A stretch of DNA of 64,000 nt from Gemmatimonas sp. (GCA_031414535.1 JANNVQ010000037.1:1-64000), one strand, 5' to 3'. Numbered from the stretch's first letter, positions 18,919 through 30,143 are shown. Numbers and translations are program-made. The notes: generated from the sequence alone by a model not told the origin.

Positions 18919-20162
18919 TTCTTCTCGCGGCGCTCTTCGCGCTCGGCGCGGCCAGCTTGGCCGCGCTCTGTGCATTTGCCGACGGCGCCCTCCTCAGTCT
19001 TGACGCTGAAGAGCCTCCAAGTGATGCTCGCACCCGCGCGCTCTTGGAGCGCCGCGAACGTGCGCACCGAGCGCTGGCGTTTGCACGAATCGTCGCACAA
19101 CTGATTGCCGGTGCTGCCACCAGCGTGGCCTTGCTGGCGACACAGTGGTTGCCCGCCGCGTGGTTCGCGCCTGGTGTGGTGATTGCCGGCGTGGCCGTGG
19201 TGGGCATCACTGAGGTGGGCGCACGTGCAGCGGGCGACGCGGCCGGCGCACGGGGGCTCTCTGCGGTTGGCAGTATCGTGGAAGCCGTCGAATGGATCTG
19301 CGCGCCCGTCGTCACTTTCGGCCAATGGGCCGACGACGCCCTCATCGCGCTGCTGCCGCCCCCGCAGATGGACGAGGCCGATCACGACGACGCGGTCGAG
19401 CGCTTCCGCGAGGTCGTCGCCGCCGAGGCAGACGCAACGCCGCAGGAAGAAGTGCTGATCCACGGCGTATTCTCGTTGGGCGACACGAAGGTCGTCTCTA
19501 TTATGGTCCCGCGCGTGGACATCGTCGGGCTCGATAAGGACACGCCCTGGAGCGAAGTTGTGGATCGCGTACGTTCCGCGCAGCACGCGCGCTTAGTCGT
19601 GTACGACGGGACGCTCGACGAGGTGATTGGTATCCTGTACGCGAAGGATCTGCTTCCGGCGCTTCTCGCCGATGAGGAGCCCGCGGGCGGATGGCAGGCA
19701 CTCGTGAAGCCCGCGATGTTCGTGCCCGAGTCCAAGACGGTGGAGGCCCAGCTGCGCGAGTTCCGCGCCGCGCGCCGCCACCTTGCCATTGTGGCTGATG
19801 AGTTTGGCGGTACGGCTGGTCTCGTGACGATGGAAGATGTGCTCGAGCTCATCATCGGGGACATTCAAGACGAAGGCGATGCCGAACTCCCCGACGTCGA
19901 ACGTGAGGACGGCGGGCGACTTTGGGTCGCTGCTTCCGTCACGCTGGACGCGCTCAGCGAATTGACCGACCGGGACTGGACGCGCGGCGACGTCACCACG
20001 GTCGGTGGCTTGGTGATGGAGATTTTGGGCCGCGTGCCAAAGGCCGGCGAGTCTCTGCAGGTGGCCGGCTACAAGTTGGTCGTGGAGCGCGTGGTGCGGC
20101 GGCGCGTTGAACGCGTCTACCTCGAGCCACTCGAAGCGCCGGCGCCGAAGGAGGCCGCATGA
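18915..20162 (+). CDS. Hemolysin/CNNM (CorC/HlyC) family protein: DUF21, CBS pair, CorC_HlyC
   Basis: From GTG 18915: TM region, IMVPRVDI, ADEFGGTAGLVTMEDVLELIIGDIQDE. Confidence 0.9.
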   Translation: MILLAALFALGAASLAALCAFADGALLSLDAEEPPSDARTRALLERRERAHRALAFARIVAQLIAGAATSVALLATQWLPAAWFAPGVVIAGVAVVGITEVGARAAGDAAGARGLSAVGSIVEAVEWICAPVVTFGQWADDALIALLPPPQMDEADHDDAVERFREVVAAEADATPQEEVLIHGVFSLGDTKVVSIMVPRVDIVGLDKDTPWSEVVDRVRSAQHARLVVYDGTLDEVIGILYAKDLLPALLADEEPAGGWQALVKPAMFVPESKTVEAQLREFRAARRHLAIVADEFGGTAGLVTMEDVLELIIGDIQDEGDAELPDVEREDGGRLWVAASVTLDALSELTDRDWTRGDVTTVGGLVMEILGRVPKAGESLQVAGYKLVVERVVRRRVERVYLEPLEAPAPKEAA

Positions 20163-21121
20163 TCTCCTTCTGGCCCATCGTGCTGTTAATTGGTGTCGTA
20201 GGTGTGCTTACGACTGCCGCGACGGCATTGCGAACCGTGAGTCGCATCTGGCTACGGCACTGGGCTGAGCAGCGGCTCGCTGGGGCAGGGACGGCGACGC
20301 TCTACCTCGACCGCCCCCAGCGCCTCCTGATTGCTGCTGGGACCGGAATAGCAGGTACGGTCTTTACACTCGGCGCAATCCTTGGCTTGCAGCAAGGCGA
20401 CCGCGGCTTCTCACTCGCTCAGTATCTCGTGATCGCCGCCCTTCTCCTACTGGTGTTCGGGCAACTCGTCCCCCGTGCCATCGCGCGGCGTTGGCCAGCC
20501 GAGTCGCTGCCTATCGTCCTGCCTCTCTTGCGGGTGATGGAGCGACTGACACAGCCGCTCGCGGCTGCCGCCATGCGATTAGTGGAGCGCTTCTTCGGCG
20601 CCGCTGCCGTGGAACCTGAAACGCCAACGGACGCGCTGGAAGACTTGCTACGCGAAGGTGAACTCGAAGGTGTCGGCGCCGCCGAGGAGCGCGCCATCAT
20701 CTCCGGTGTGGTGGAGTTTGGCGATACACGTGTGGGTGCTGTGATGACGGCCCGTGCGGATATCGTCGCGCTCGAACGCGGAGCCCGTGCAGATCAGGTG
20801 GCGCATTTGGTGGCCCAATCCAAGTACACCCGCCTTCCCGTGTACGATGGAACCTTGGACCGCGTCATTGGCATGGTGACCAGTTGGGATGTCATCGCGA
20901 AGCCGGAGTCGCCCCTGCGAGCACCGCGCCCAGTGGCTATTGCCAGCGCGGACGAGCCTTGCCACGCACTGATGACGCGCATGCTGCGCGAGCGGCGTCA
21001 TCTGGCGGTTGTGAGAGCGGCAAGCGGTGAAACCCTCGGCCTCGTGACGCTTGAGGATCTTGTAGAAGAATTCGTAGGTGAGATTCAGGACGAACACGAC
21101 GACCCGGTTGCCGACAAGTGA
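20159..21121 (+). CDS. CNNM/CBS domain protein, paralogue lacking the C-terminal CorC_HlyC domain
   Basis: FGQLVPR, VMTARADI, GLVTLEDLVEEFVGEIQDEHD. Confidence 0.88.
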   Translation: MISFWPIVLLIGVVGVLTTAATALRTVSRIWLRHWAEQRLAGAGTATLYLDRPQRLLIAAGTGIAGTVFTLGAILGLQQGDRGFSLAQYLVIAALLLLVFGQLVPRAIARRWPAESLPIVLPLLRVMERLTQPLAAAAMRLVERFFGAAAVEPETPTDALEDLLREGELEGVGAAEERAIISGVVEFGDTRVGAVMTARADIVALERGARADQVAHLVAQSKYTRLPVYDGTLDRVIGMVTSWDVIAKPESPLRAPRPVAIASADEPCHALMTRMLRERRHLAVVRAASGETLGLVTLEDLVEEFVGEIQDEHDDPVADK

Positions 21122-22182
21122 ATCCAGATTTGATTCCCCAGCTCTTTGCCGGTCGCAAGGTTGCCATCGCGCGAGCGGTGAGCACCATTGAGGATCGGCG
21201 CTCGGGCTGGGAAGAGTTACTTGCCGCATGCCACCCGAAGGTGGGCAGCGCGCGTCGCATTGGAATCACGGGCCCACCAGGTGCGGGGAAGAGCACGCTC
21301 ACCACGCTGCTCGCTGAGCAATACTTGGCGCAGGGCTTTAAGGTTGGCGTGGTGGCGGTGGATCCGACCTCGCCATTCACCGGCGGCGCGCTTCTGGGCG
21401 ACCGCGTGCGCATGGAACGCGTCGCGCTGCACGAGAACGTGTTCATTCGTTCGATGGCCACGCGCGGCTCACTTGGTGGTCTCGCGGCGGCCACGCGAGA
21501 GGTCTGCGACGTACTCGATGCCGCTGGTATTGAGCGTATCCTCGTGGAGACGGTTGGCGTGGGGCAGAGCGAGCTAGACATCGCACGATTGGCCGACACC
21601 AGCGCCGTGGTACTGGTCCCGGAGAGCGGTGACTCCATCCAGACCCTCAAGGCCGGCGTGATGGAGATTGCGGACCTCTTCGTGGTCAACAAGGCCGACC
21701 GTCCTGGCGCAGATCGGCTTCGGAACGACATCGAGCTGATGCTGGGCCTGCGGACGGGCGCCACGATGCGCGATGTGCCGGCGCATCACGGCGTTGATAT
21801 GAAGCGCTTGAACCCCGCCAAGCTCGCCAGAGAGGCGGCCAAGAAGTCCAGCGACGAGAGCTGGACGCCCCCCGTCCTGCGCACCATCGGTGCCACGGGC
21901 GAGGGCGTGCTGGAGTTCCTGGACGCCCTTGAGCGCCATTTCGGGTATCTTGAAAAGAGTGGTACGCTCCAACGCCGGCGTCGGACTCGGCTGCGCGAGC
22001 GAGTAGCGGACGCAGTGGAGCAGCGGATTCGCGCGCGATTGTGGCGCGACGCCGCCTTGAGTGAGTGGTTGGATGGTCGTATTCCCGCGCTCGAAAGCGG
22101 AGAGACGACGCCGTTGGCCGAAGCCGAGGCGATGATCGCACGTGCCGTCGCGGCTGGAACTTTGACCGGGAAGGACAAATGA
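21118..22182 (+). CDS. meaB: Acyl-CoA mutase-associated GTPase MeaB
   Basis: [41 protein letters not shown]. Confidence 0.95.
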   Translation: MNPDLIPQLFAGRKVAIARAVSTIEDRRSGWEELLAACHPKVGSARRIGITGPPGAGKSTLTTLLAEQYLAQGFKVGVVAVDPTSPFTGGALLGDRVRMERVALHENVFIRSMATRGSLGGLAAATREVCDVLDAAGIERILVETVGVGQSELDIARLADTSAVVLVPESGDSIQTLKAGVMEIADLFVVNKADRPGADRLRNDIELMLGLRTGATMRDVPAHHGVDMKRLNPAKLAREAAKKSSDESWTPPVLRTIGATGEGVLEFLDALERHFGYLEKSGTLQRRRRTRLRERVADAVEQRIRARLWRDAALSEWLDGRIPALESGETTPLAEAEAMIARAVAAGTLTGKDK

Positions 22183-23873
22183 CCTCGATACCGGATCTCC
22201 ATCCCACGCTCGCCGCTATGCAGGCCGAGCTCGACACGCTGCGCAAGGAAGTTGAGGCGTGGCGAGGTCGCTACGCCAAGGGCGAGACGCGCGACACCTC
22301 GTACACCAACTCCGAGCACGAGGTGGCGCCCCTCTACACCGCGCTCGACCTCGAGGGCTCTGGTGGCACGGCCTTCGAAGTGCCCGGCGTCTACCCGTAT
22401 ACCCGCGGCATTCATCCCACGGGCTACCGCGGCAAACTCTGGACCATGCGGCAGTTCGCCGGCTTCGGTTCCGCCAAGGAAACCAACGAGCGCTACAAGT
22501 TCCTGCTCAAGAACGGTACCACCGGACTCTCGGTAGCCTTCGATTTCCCGACGTTGATGGGCTACGACAGCGATCATCCGCGGTCGGAAGGTGAAGTCGG
22601 CAAGTGCGGCGTGGCGATCAGCTCGCTCGCGGATATGGAGAAGCTCTTCGAGGGGATTCCGCTCGATCAGGTCTCCACGTCCATGACCATCAATGGTCCG
22701 GCCATCATCCTGTGGTGCTTCTACATCGCGGCGGCCGAGAAGCAGGGTGTGAAGCCCGAGCAACTGCGCGGCACGATTCAGAACGACATCTTGAAGGAGT
22801 ATATGGCGCAACACGCCTGGTGCTTCCCGATTGAGCCCGCGCTGCGCCTGATTGTGGACATGTTCGAGTATGGCAGCAAGTCGGTGCCGCAGTGGAATAC
22901 GATTTCAATCTCCGGCTACCACATCCGCGAAGCGGGCAGCACGGCGGCGCAGGAACTCGCCTTCACGCTAGCCGACGGCTTCACCTATGTGGAACGCGGC
23001 ATCGCTCGCGGTCTCGACGTGGACGACTTTGCCCCGCGCCTCTCGTTCTTCTGGGACATTCACAACGATTTCTTTGAGGAGATTGCCAAGCTCCGTGCCG
23101 CGCGTCGCATTTGGGCGCGGCACATGAAGGAGCGCTACGGCGCGAAGAATCCGCGTTCGTTGGTAATGCGCTTCCACTCGCAGACTGCCGGTGTGACACT
23201 CACGGCGCAGCAGCCGATGAATAACATCGTGCGCGTTGCCTACCAGGCGATGGCGGCAGTGCTCGGCGGTACGCAGTCGCTGCACACAAACTCGATGGAC
23301 GAGACACTCGCGCTGCCTACAGAGCATGCGGTGGAAGTCGCGTTGCGCACCCAGCAGGTGCTCGCTTACGAGACGGGCGTCCCGAACGTAATGGATCCGC
23401 TCGGCGGCTCCTACTACGTAGAGAAGCTCACGGACGACATCGAGCGCCAGGCCGAGTCGCTGTTTGAGCAGATTGAGGAGCAGGGCGGGGTGGTGCCCGG
23501 CCTCGAGACCGGATGGTTCCAGCGGAAGATCGCCGAAGCGGCGGCGCGGCAGCAGTGGGAGTTCGAGCAGCATCGTCGCCTCGTGGTTGGCGTCAATGCG
23601 TTTGAAACAGCTGATGACGCGCTGACGATTCCGCTCTTGAAGATGGACGATCAAGCTGCCAAGGATCAGGCTGATGCGTTGGCGCAGTTACGCAATACCC
23701 GCGACAATGCACGGTGCACTGCGAACATTGCGCGCTTGCGCGAGGCGGCTCGTGGAAGCGAAAACGTGGTGCCGTTCATCTTAGAGTGCGCTCGTAGCTA
23801 CTGCACGTTGTACGAGATTCGGGCCGCGCTCGAAGCGGAGTTCGGCGCGTATCGCGAACCTGTGTTCTTCTAG
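22179..23873 (+). CDS. B12-dependent acyl-CoA mutase large (substrate-binding) subunit, methylmalonyl-CoA mutase family with an isobutyryl-CoA mutase-like signature
   Basis: From ATG 22179: [46 protein letters not shown]. No C-terminal B12 domain. Confidence 0.93.
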   Translation: MTSIPDLHPTLAAMQAELDTLRKEVEAWRGRYAKGETRDTSYTNSEHEVAPLYTALDLEGSGGTAFEVPGVYPYTRGIHPTGYRGKLWTMRQFAGFGSAKETNERYKFLLKNGTTGLSVAFDFPTLMGYDSDHPRSEGEVGKCGVAISSLADMEKLFEGIPLDQVSTSMTINGPAIILWCFYIAAAEKQGVKPEQLRGTIQNDILKEYMAQHAWCFPIEPALRLIVDMFEYGSKSVPQWNTISISGYHIREAGSTAAQELAFTLADGFTYVERGIARGLDVDDFAPRLSFFWDIHNDFFEEIAKLRAARRIWARHMKERYGAKNPRSLVMRFHSQTAGVTLTAQQPMNNIVRVAYQAMAAVLGGTQSLHTNSMDETLALPTEHAVEVALRTQQVLAYETGVPNVMDPLGGSYYVEKLTDDIERQAESLFEQIEEQGGVVPGLETGWFQRKIAEAAARQQWEFEQHRRLVVGVNAFETADDALTIPLLKMDDQAAKDQADALAQLRNTRDNARCTANIARLREAARGSENVVPFILECARSYCTLYEIRAALEAEFGAYREPVFF

Positions 23874-24670
23874 TGCGACGAGTCACGGAAGACGGAAGCT
23901 CTGCGGCGGCGCCACCGAAGGATTGGTGGCGCTCGTACTTTGATGCCGGCTACCTCGAGGAGTACTCGCCCGTCTTCGACTTGGTGGAGGAGCGTCGGCA
24001 GGTCTCGCGTTTGACGGAGTTGCTGGCACTGCCGCACGGATCACGCGTGCTCGACCTCGCATGCGGTCAGGGCCGTCATGCGCATCTGCTCGCGGAGGCC
24101 GGGTGTGACGTTGATGGGTACGACCTCTCGCGTGACATGCTCAAGGTGGCCAAGGCTCGCGGCACCAGCTCCACGTTGCGCTATAGGCGCGGCGACATGC
24201 GCGGACTGCCACTGCTGTGGCGAAAGCGGTTTGACGGCGTGGTGAATCTGTTCACTAGCTTCGGCTTCTTTGACAATCCCGCCGATGATATTCGGGTCAT
24301 CGAACAGGTGGCGCGCGTGCTCAAGCCTGGCGGCGTGTTCGTCTGGCAAGGTGGCAATCGCGATGCGCTTACCGACCGCTTCTTACGCGGTGACGAGTGG
24401 AAGACCGCTGACGGTACGCTCGTGCGACAGGACCGCAGTTTCGATGCGCTCACGGGCTTTCTGACCATTGAGTCAAGCTGGACACGGCGTCGACGCGTGG
24501 AGCGGAGGGCGCATCGCATTCGGCTCTACAATGCCACGCAGCTCTCAGCCATTATGGCTAGCGCTGGCCTTGTAGTCGAGGCGGCCTTTAACGGCTTCTC
24601 CGTGAATCCGCTCCAGCGCGATTCGCACGAAATGCTACTCGTGGCTCGGCGCGGTCGCCGAGGGCGATGA
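23873..24670 (+). CDS. Class I SAM-dependent methyltransferase
   Basis: VLDLACGQGRH, GDMR, FTSFGFF, LKPGG. Confidence 0.9.
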   Translation: MRRVTEDGSSAAAPPKDWWRSYFDAGYLEEYSPVFDLVEERRQVSRLTELLALPHGSRVLDLACGQGRHAHLLAEAGCDVDGYDLSRDMLKVAKARGTSSTLRYRRGDMRGLPLLWRKRFDGVVNLFTSFGFFDNPADDIRVIEQVARVLKPGGVFVWQGGNRDALTDRFLRGDEWKTADGTLVRQDRSFDALTGFLTIESSWTRRRRVERRAHRIRLYNATQLSAIMASAGLVVEAAFNGFSVNPLQRDSHEMLLVARRGRRGR

Positions 24671-26229
24671 AACCCCGGGACGGCACACTCGCGCGCATCG
24701 CGGCGGCTGGGCTGGTCGGCGTCGCGGTGCTGGCCTCTGTCTTCACCTTCCTGCTCTGGCGTAGTTCCGTGGGTGCCGACGAGCGAGCGGTTGGTGGACT
24801 CGCCGAGGCCCTCGGTGCCCGTGCGGAGGGAATGATTTTGGACGCGCGCACGCTGCTGAAAGACTTCGAGCGTTTGCCCTATGCACGCTGTAGCGCTCGC
24901 CATGTCGCCGCCCTTCAGGAAGCGGCAATCAGCCGTCCGCACATCCGCGCCATTGGTTACTGGCGTGCCGCGAGCCGCCAGTGTGGCGTCGGCTTCCTCT
25001 CGGGTCCCGGCCTCCGACCTCCGCGTGCCGATCGCATCTACGATTCCGGCGTCGTAGCCTGGTGGCCGAGCCCGGCTACCGAAGTGGGCGGCATCCAGTT
25101 GTTCCTGATGCGCTTCGGGGATCACGATGTGGCCATTGATCCGCATGCTTTGCTCGATGTGGGGCCACTAGAAGGACGTGAGGCCGGACTGTGGGTCGAG
25201 GGTCTTCGTCTCACCGCTCGTCCCTCCAACGCCAAGCTTCCCGCGCCTGCGTCCTTGCCCGTAGGTCTCACCATGGATCGCGAAGGCGCGCGCGCGATTT
25301 CCCGGTTCTCGCGCAGTGGCGAGATGCGAATTGATATCGTCGCGGCGGAGCCGCTCGAGCAGTTTTGGAGCCGATACCGCGACGTCGTGTTGTTCGGGGC
25401 CCTTGGCGGCGTCGTGCTGCTCGCCATCTGGCTGTATCTCCTCCTCCGGTACACACGCCACAAGCTGAGTCGTGCAACTCAGTTGCGAGAGGCCATCGCC
25501 AACGGTCGCATCGCCGTTCAGTACCAGCCCATTATTGAACTCGCTTCGAACCGCTGCGTTGGTGCGGAGATTCTGGCTCGCTGGACAACCGAGCGCAACG
25601 AATCGATTCCGCCCGACAGCTTCGTGGCGCTCGCCGAGCGAGAGGGCATCATCACGGACCTGACTATTGCCGTGCTCCAGCGCTCACTGAAGGAGCTCGC
25701 GCCGTGGCTTGCGGAGCGACCCGCGCTCACCCTCGCACTCAACCTTGGCTCCGACGACCTCCACGATGCGCGCTTTGCCAACGTACTCGGCGCATCGCTT
25801 GTGAGCGCGGGACTGCCCGCGTCGGCATTCAAGTTGGAAATCACCGAGCGCGCGCTTGTCGATACAGATCTTGCGCGCAGCCGCATCGCCGCGCTCCGTG
25901 CACGGGGGCACGAGGTAGCGGTGGACGATTTTGGCACTGGCTACTCGAGTCTTTCGTATCTGTCGCGATTCGCGCTCGATCAGCTCAAGATTGATAAGTC
26001 GTTTGTTGAGGCCATCGGAACGGGCGCGGCCACCAGCCACGTCGTCGTACACGTAATCGAAATGGCCCGCTCCCTTCAGCTACGCATGGTGGCGGAGGGC
26101 GTGGAGCAGCGGTCTCAATCGGACTGGCTGCGTGCGCATGGCGTGGAGTGCGGACAAGGCTACCATTATAGTAAGCCCATCGGGGCCGAGGAGTTCAAGG
26201 CCTTCGCGGACAGGACCGGAAGCGTATGA
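24667..26229 (+). CDS. CSS-motif/EAL c-di-GMP phosphodiesterase
   Basis: TM, periplasmic domain with two Cys (RCSAR, RQCG), TM, then EAL ([38 protein letters not shown]). Confidence 0.9.
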   Translation: MKPRDGTLARIAAAGLVGVAVLASVFTFLLWRSSVGADERAVGGLAEALGARAEGMILDARTLLKDFERLPYARCSARHVAALQEAAISRPHIRAIGYWRAASRQCGVGFLSGPGLRPPRADRIYDSGVVAWWPSPATEVGGIQLFLMRFGDHDVAIDPHALLDVGPLEGREAGLWVEGLRLTARPSNAKLPAPASLPVGLTMDREGARAISRFSRSGEMRIDIVAAEPLEQFWSRYRDVVLFGALGGVVLLAIWLYLLLRYTRHKLSRATQLREAIANGRIAVQYQPIIELASNRCVGAEILARWTTERNESIPPDSFVALAEREGIITDLTIAVLQRSLKELAPWLAERPALTLALNLGSDDLHDARFANVLGASLVSAGLPASAFKLEITERALVDTDLARSRIAALRARGHEVAVDDFGTGYSSLSYLSRFALDQLKIDKSFVEAIGTGAATSHVVVHVIEMARSLQLRMVAEGVEQRSQSDWLRAHGVECGQGYHYSKPIGAEEFKAFADRTGSV

Positions 26230-26855
26230 TGTGGCCTCGTATGACGTTGCCGTTGCTGCTGCTGCTCTTCGTGGCGTGCGGGAGGCGAGATCCCCGGGCT
26301 TCAACATCGCCGAGCGTCGCCGGCCGGCCCGCTGGCTTGGTGGATGCAGTGAAACTCGACTCCGCGTTTGCCGCGCGTCGCCTCGCGCTCGTCGTCGCGG
26401 GATCTCGTGTTGCACACACTGACGTCGGATACTACGTAGACATTCAGGAGGCGCGCTTTCGTCAGCTCGCCATTCCCTCGTTGCAGATTGAGCGTCGCGG
26501 CGAGACGCTCACGCTACGGCTCGGTGCGTCAGCGGCATTCGGCGTCGGCAGCGCCCGCCTCTCCGATTCGGCGCGGGTCCACTTGGCTCAGATCTCCCGC
26601 GTGTTGCGGGACTATGCGTCGAGCCTAGTGACGGTGCTCGGGCACACGGACAACTCGGGAAACGCCGCAAGCAATCAGGCGCTCTCAGAACAACGGGCGC
26701 TGGCCGTGATTCAAGGACTCTCTAGCAACGGTGTACCAGCGCGCCGACTGCTGGCAGTGGGAATGGGTTCTCGTCAGCCCCGCAGCAGCAACGCAACCGC
26801 AACAGGGCGCGACGAGAATCGCCGCGTCGAGTTGCGAGTGGATATCGTTCATTAG
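26226..26855 (+). CDS. OmpA family lipoprotein
   Basis: Lipobox [27 protein letters not shown]. Confidence 0.9.
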   Translation: MMWPRMTLPLLLLLFVACGRRDPRASTSPSVAGRPAGLVDAVKLDSAFAARRLALVVAGSRVAHTDVGYYVDIQEARFRQLAIPSLQIERRGETLTLRLGASAAFGVGSARLSDSARVHLAQISRVLRDYASSLVTVLGHTDNSGNAASNQALSEQRALAVIQGLSSNGVPARRLLAVGMGSRQPRSSNATATGRDENRRVELRVDIVH

Positions 26856-26888
26856 CTACTCGTTCATCTCGACGATTTAGGAGAGGCC

Positions 26889-27440
26889 ATGTCATCCGTG
26901 ATTGCAGTGTTGGCCGCATTCCAGTTGGCATCCGCGCCACTGTCCGATGCGCGCATCTCGCCCCCGCTGTCCGCCGTAGCGTCGGTGACGCCGGCTCCCG
27001 CGCCCCAGCTTTCGGACTGGTACTATCGGCGGCTGACGATTCATCGCTACGCCAGCTACACCATGCTGCCGCTGTTTGTGGCGCAGTACGTGGCCGGTAC
27101 CCAGCTCGTGAATGGTTCTGGCGAGGGATGGGCAGCGGACGCGCACCCGGTGTTGGCCCTCGGCGTCGGGGCGCTCTTCGCCACGAACTCGGTGACCGGC
27201 GTGTGGAATCTCTGGGAGGGGCGCAAGGACCCCAATGACCGCAAACGGCGGTTCGCGCACGCAACCCTCATGCTCCTGGCGGATGCGGGCTTCGTTGCCA
27301 CTGGGATTCTCGGCGCTGAGCTCGAGGACGTCGGTGTTTCTGGTCGCAGCACGCACCGCGCGGTGGCCATCACGTCTATGGCAACGGCCACCCTCGGATA
27401 CGCGTTGATGTTGGACATCTTTCGTCGCGACGAGCCTTAA
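26889..27440 (+). CDS. Hypothetical membrane protein (signal peptide plus about 4 TM helices, each with a His)
   Basis: SD-like GGAGAGG upstream; hydrophobic helices; coding-like codon usage. Confidence 0.75.
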   Translation: MSSVIAVLAAFQLASAPLSDARISPPLSAVASVTPAPAPQLSDWYYRRLTIHRYASYTMLPLFVAQYVAGTQLVNGSGEGWAADAHPVLALGVGALFATNSVTGVWNLWEGRKDPNDRKRRFAHATLMLLADAGFVATGILGAELEDVGVSGRSTHRAVAITSMATATLGYALMLDIFRRDEP

Positions 27441-27505
27441 ACATTCTTGACGAGGGGTGCGTACAGGGGGCAGACCGTCCTTGGCTGCCCTCCCTTCGCT
27501 TCTCC

Positions 27506-30001
27506 ATGCTTCGCTTTGCATTCGTCGTGGTGGTGCTGGCCGTCGCGCTTCGCCCGCTCGGCGCGCAACCGAGCGACCCCAACTCCGCTCAGGCTCGTGC
27601 GGTGCGCAGCGACGAGATGATGACCCTCGATGGGCGTGATCTCGAGAGCGTATGGGCAACCGCCCCGGTCACCGACGATTTCTATCAGTTCGCGCCAGCT
27701 GAAGCGGGTAAGGCCCGGTTCCGAACGACCGTCCGGGTGGCCTATGATGACCGTACACTCTACGTCTTCGTACGCGCCTACGATCCGCGTCCTGATTCGT
27801 TGGTTGCCCTGCTGAGTCGCCGCGACATTCGCACGCCCTCCGAGTGGATCAAGATCGTCATTGACGGCTTCCGTGATCGGCGCAGCGCGCTGCAGTTCAT
27901 GGTGAATCCCGCCGGCGTGAAGCGCGACGCGACCGTGTACGGCGATGTGAGCGAGGACGGCGCTTGGGATGGCGTCTGGGATGCCGCAGCCAATGTGGAT
28001 GCGGAAGGCTGGACGGCGGAGTTTGCGATTCCGTTCAGCCAGTTGCGATTCACGCCGAAGGACGAGCACGTGTTTGGGTTCGGCGTGTGGCGCGACATTG
28101 CGCGTTATGGCGAGCGCGACGCGTGGCCGGTATATCGCCCCTCACGCCAGACCTTCGCGTCACAGTTGGGCGACCTCGTCGGCATCCGCGATATCGGGCG
28201 CAATCGTCGCCTTGAGGTGATGCCCTACGCGGTGACAAAGAATGTCACCGAGCCACGCCCCTTGGGATGGGCCCACCCGCAGCAGCAGACGGCCGGTTTG
28301 GATGTGAAGGCTGGACTCACCACCAACATCACGCTCGATGCCAGCATCAATCCTGATTTTGGCCAGGTCGAGATGGATCCGGCGCTTCTCAACTTGAGCG
28401 CATTCGAAGTGCGCTTCGAAGAACGGCGGCCCTTCTTTATGGAGGGCAGCAATCTCTTCCGCTGTGCCGGACCCTGTGAGGGCATCTTCTACACGCGGCG
28501 AGTTGGCCGCACGCCGCAGTTGCGTAGCGCCGCAAACGATCCCCGATTCAGCGGCATCCAGGGCGCCGCCAAGATTACGGGCCGCCTGGAAGGCGGCGCG
28601 CAGTTCGGCCTCGTCGCGGTGTCTTCCGCACGCGAGACGGGTGCTGCCGGTCAGACCATCGAGCCACAGACCACCACGCTTGTGGGGCGTTTCGTGCAGG
28701 ATTTTCGTGGCGGGCGCTCGCAGTTCGGCACGATGGTCACCGGCCTCATGCGTGATCTCGATGCGGGGACTGCTCCATTGCTGCGCCGCGATGCCTACAC
28801 CTTGCTCCTACAGGGCTATCACCGATTCGCCGATCGCTGGGAAGTGAGCGGATACACGGGACGCTCAACCGCCCGCGGTACGCCGGCTGCCATCGCGCGC
28901 ACGCAACTCACGAGCGTGCACTACTTCCAGCGTCCCGATCACGAAGTCGAGTACGACGCTACCCGTACCTCCATGAGCGGCGGCGTCTCATCGCTCTCGC
29001 TACGTCGCTTCGCAGGGCGCGCGCGCTGGGAAACTACGACGCGCTACGCCGAGCCTGGCACGGAGCTGAATGACCTCGGCTTCGTCGTGCTCGTGAACGA
29101 TGTAATGCTGCGCAATCAGTTGGTGCTCACGGCACTGCGCCCGGGCATTTTGCATCGCCGCGTGAATGCCGTCGTCTCGACCGAGCAGCATTGGTCCACG
29201 GGCGGGCTTCCCACGGGTTCGCAGGTTCAAGTGCACGGAGCCGCGGAGTTCGTGAACTTTTGGGGCAGTAGCTTCACGTACACCGCATCGCAGCTTGGTG
29301 GCACGCATTGCGTGTCCTGCGCCCGCGGTGGACCTGCGCTCATGCTTTCTCCGCAGCATCGCTTGGCTCTCACGTTCAACGGGGACCAACGAAAGGCGCT
29401 CCTGCCCAATGCGTCATTCACCTACATTCTTGGCGATGAGGGGCGGAGTTGGTCTCGCGGGGCGGGGCTGGGCTTCGTTGCGCGCGCGGGGACGCGAACT
29501 TCGTTTGAACTCGCGGCCAACTATGAAGATCGCGTCCTCGACGCGCAGTGGGTCCGCAACTACGGCGACATCTTCAGCGACACCACGCACTACACCTTCG
29601 CGCGCCTCGCTTCGGAGACCTTCGATCTCACTGCACGCGCGAATGTCACGCTGAGCCCCACGCTGTCCCTGCAGCTCTACGCCCAGCCCTTTATCGCCGG
29701 CGGCACTTTCAGTGATCAGCGCGAGATTGCCGATCCCTACGCTGAGGAGTACGAGCAGCGCTTCGCCACCTACAGCGGCGTTCCGCTTCCGGAGTTCGGG
29801 GATTTCAAGCAGTTCAATTCCAATCTCGTGTTTCGCTGGGAGTATCGGCCAGGGTCCGTACTCTTCTTGGTCTGGCAGCAGGGACGCGCGGATTTCACTC
29901 GCATGGGCGGCTTGCAGATGGCGCCGGACCTGCGCTCGCTTTTTGGCACGCACCCTGACAATACGGTGCTCGTGAAGCTGAGCTACTGGTTCAATCCCTG
30001 A
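27506..30001 (+). CDS. DUF5916 / CBM9-like outer-membrane protein
   Basis: Signal peptide, N-terminal CBM9-like region (WDGVW..GWTAEFAIPFSQLRF), NPDFGQVE.D, EERRPFF, C-terminal beta signal VKLSYWF. Confidence 0.85.
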   Translation: MLRFAFVVVVLAVALRPLGAQPSDPNSAQARAVRSDEMMTLDGRDLESVWATAPVTDDFYQFAPAEAGKARFRTTVRVAYDDRTLYVFVRAYDPRPDSLVALLSRRDIRTPSEWIKIVIDGFRDRRSALQFMVNPAGVKRDATVYGDVSEDGAWDGVWDAAANVDAEGWTAEFAIPFSQLRFTPKDEHVFGFGVWRDIARYGERDAWPVYRPSRQTFASQLGDLVGIRDIGRNRRLEVMPYAVTKNVTEPRPLGWAHPQQQTAGLDVKAGLTTNITLDASINPDFGQVEMDPALLNLSAFEVRFEERRPFFMEGSNLFRCAGPCEGIFYTRRVGRTPQLRSAANDPRFSGIQGAAKITGRLEGGAQFGLVAVSSARETGAAGQTIEPQTTTLVGRFVQDFRGGRSQFGTMVTGLMRDLDAGTAPLLRRDAYTLLLQGYHRFADRWEVSGYTGRSTARGTPAAIARTQLTSVHYFQRPDHEVEYDATRTSMSGGVSSLSLRRFAGRARWETTTRYAEPGTELNDLGFVVLVNDVMLRNQLVLTALRPGILHRRVNAVVSTEQHWSTGGLPTGSQVQVHGAAEFVNFWGSSFTYTASQLGGTHCVSCARGGPALMLSPQHRLALTFNGDQRKALLPNASFTYILGDEGRSWSRGAGLGFVARAGTRTSFELAANYEDRVLDAQWVRNYGDIFSDTTHYTFARLASETFDLTARANVTLSPTLSLQLYAQPFIAGGTFSDQREIADPYAEEYEQRFATYSGVPLPEFGDFKQFNSNLVFRWEYRPGSVLFLVWQQGRADFTRMGGLQMAPDLRSLFGTHPDNTVLVKLSYWFNP

Positions 30002-30003
30002 GC

Positions 30004-30040
30004 CAAAGGGCCTGAGACCGTAGTCCTACTCAGGCTTTTG
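30004..30040 (+). terminator. Putative intrinsic terminator after the DUF5916 gene
   Basis: GCCTGAG/CTCAGGC stem followed by TTTT. Confidence 0.5.
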
Positions 30041-30143
30041 AGGGACTTGCTGGAACGCGGTACCGTGGTCAACCTAAAGGGCAGGCTGAGTTCAGCCGTC
30101 CGCGTGCGTCAGGCACGCTCCACGCTCAGGGAATCGGGAAAGA

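Noticed and set aside
18915..21121. Tandem CNNM/CorC paralogues as a novel system
   Set aside because: phoH-ybeY-corC linkage and paired CNNM genes are common.
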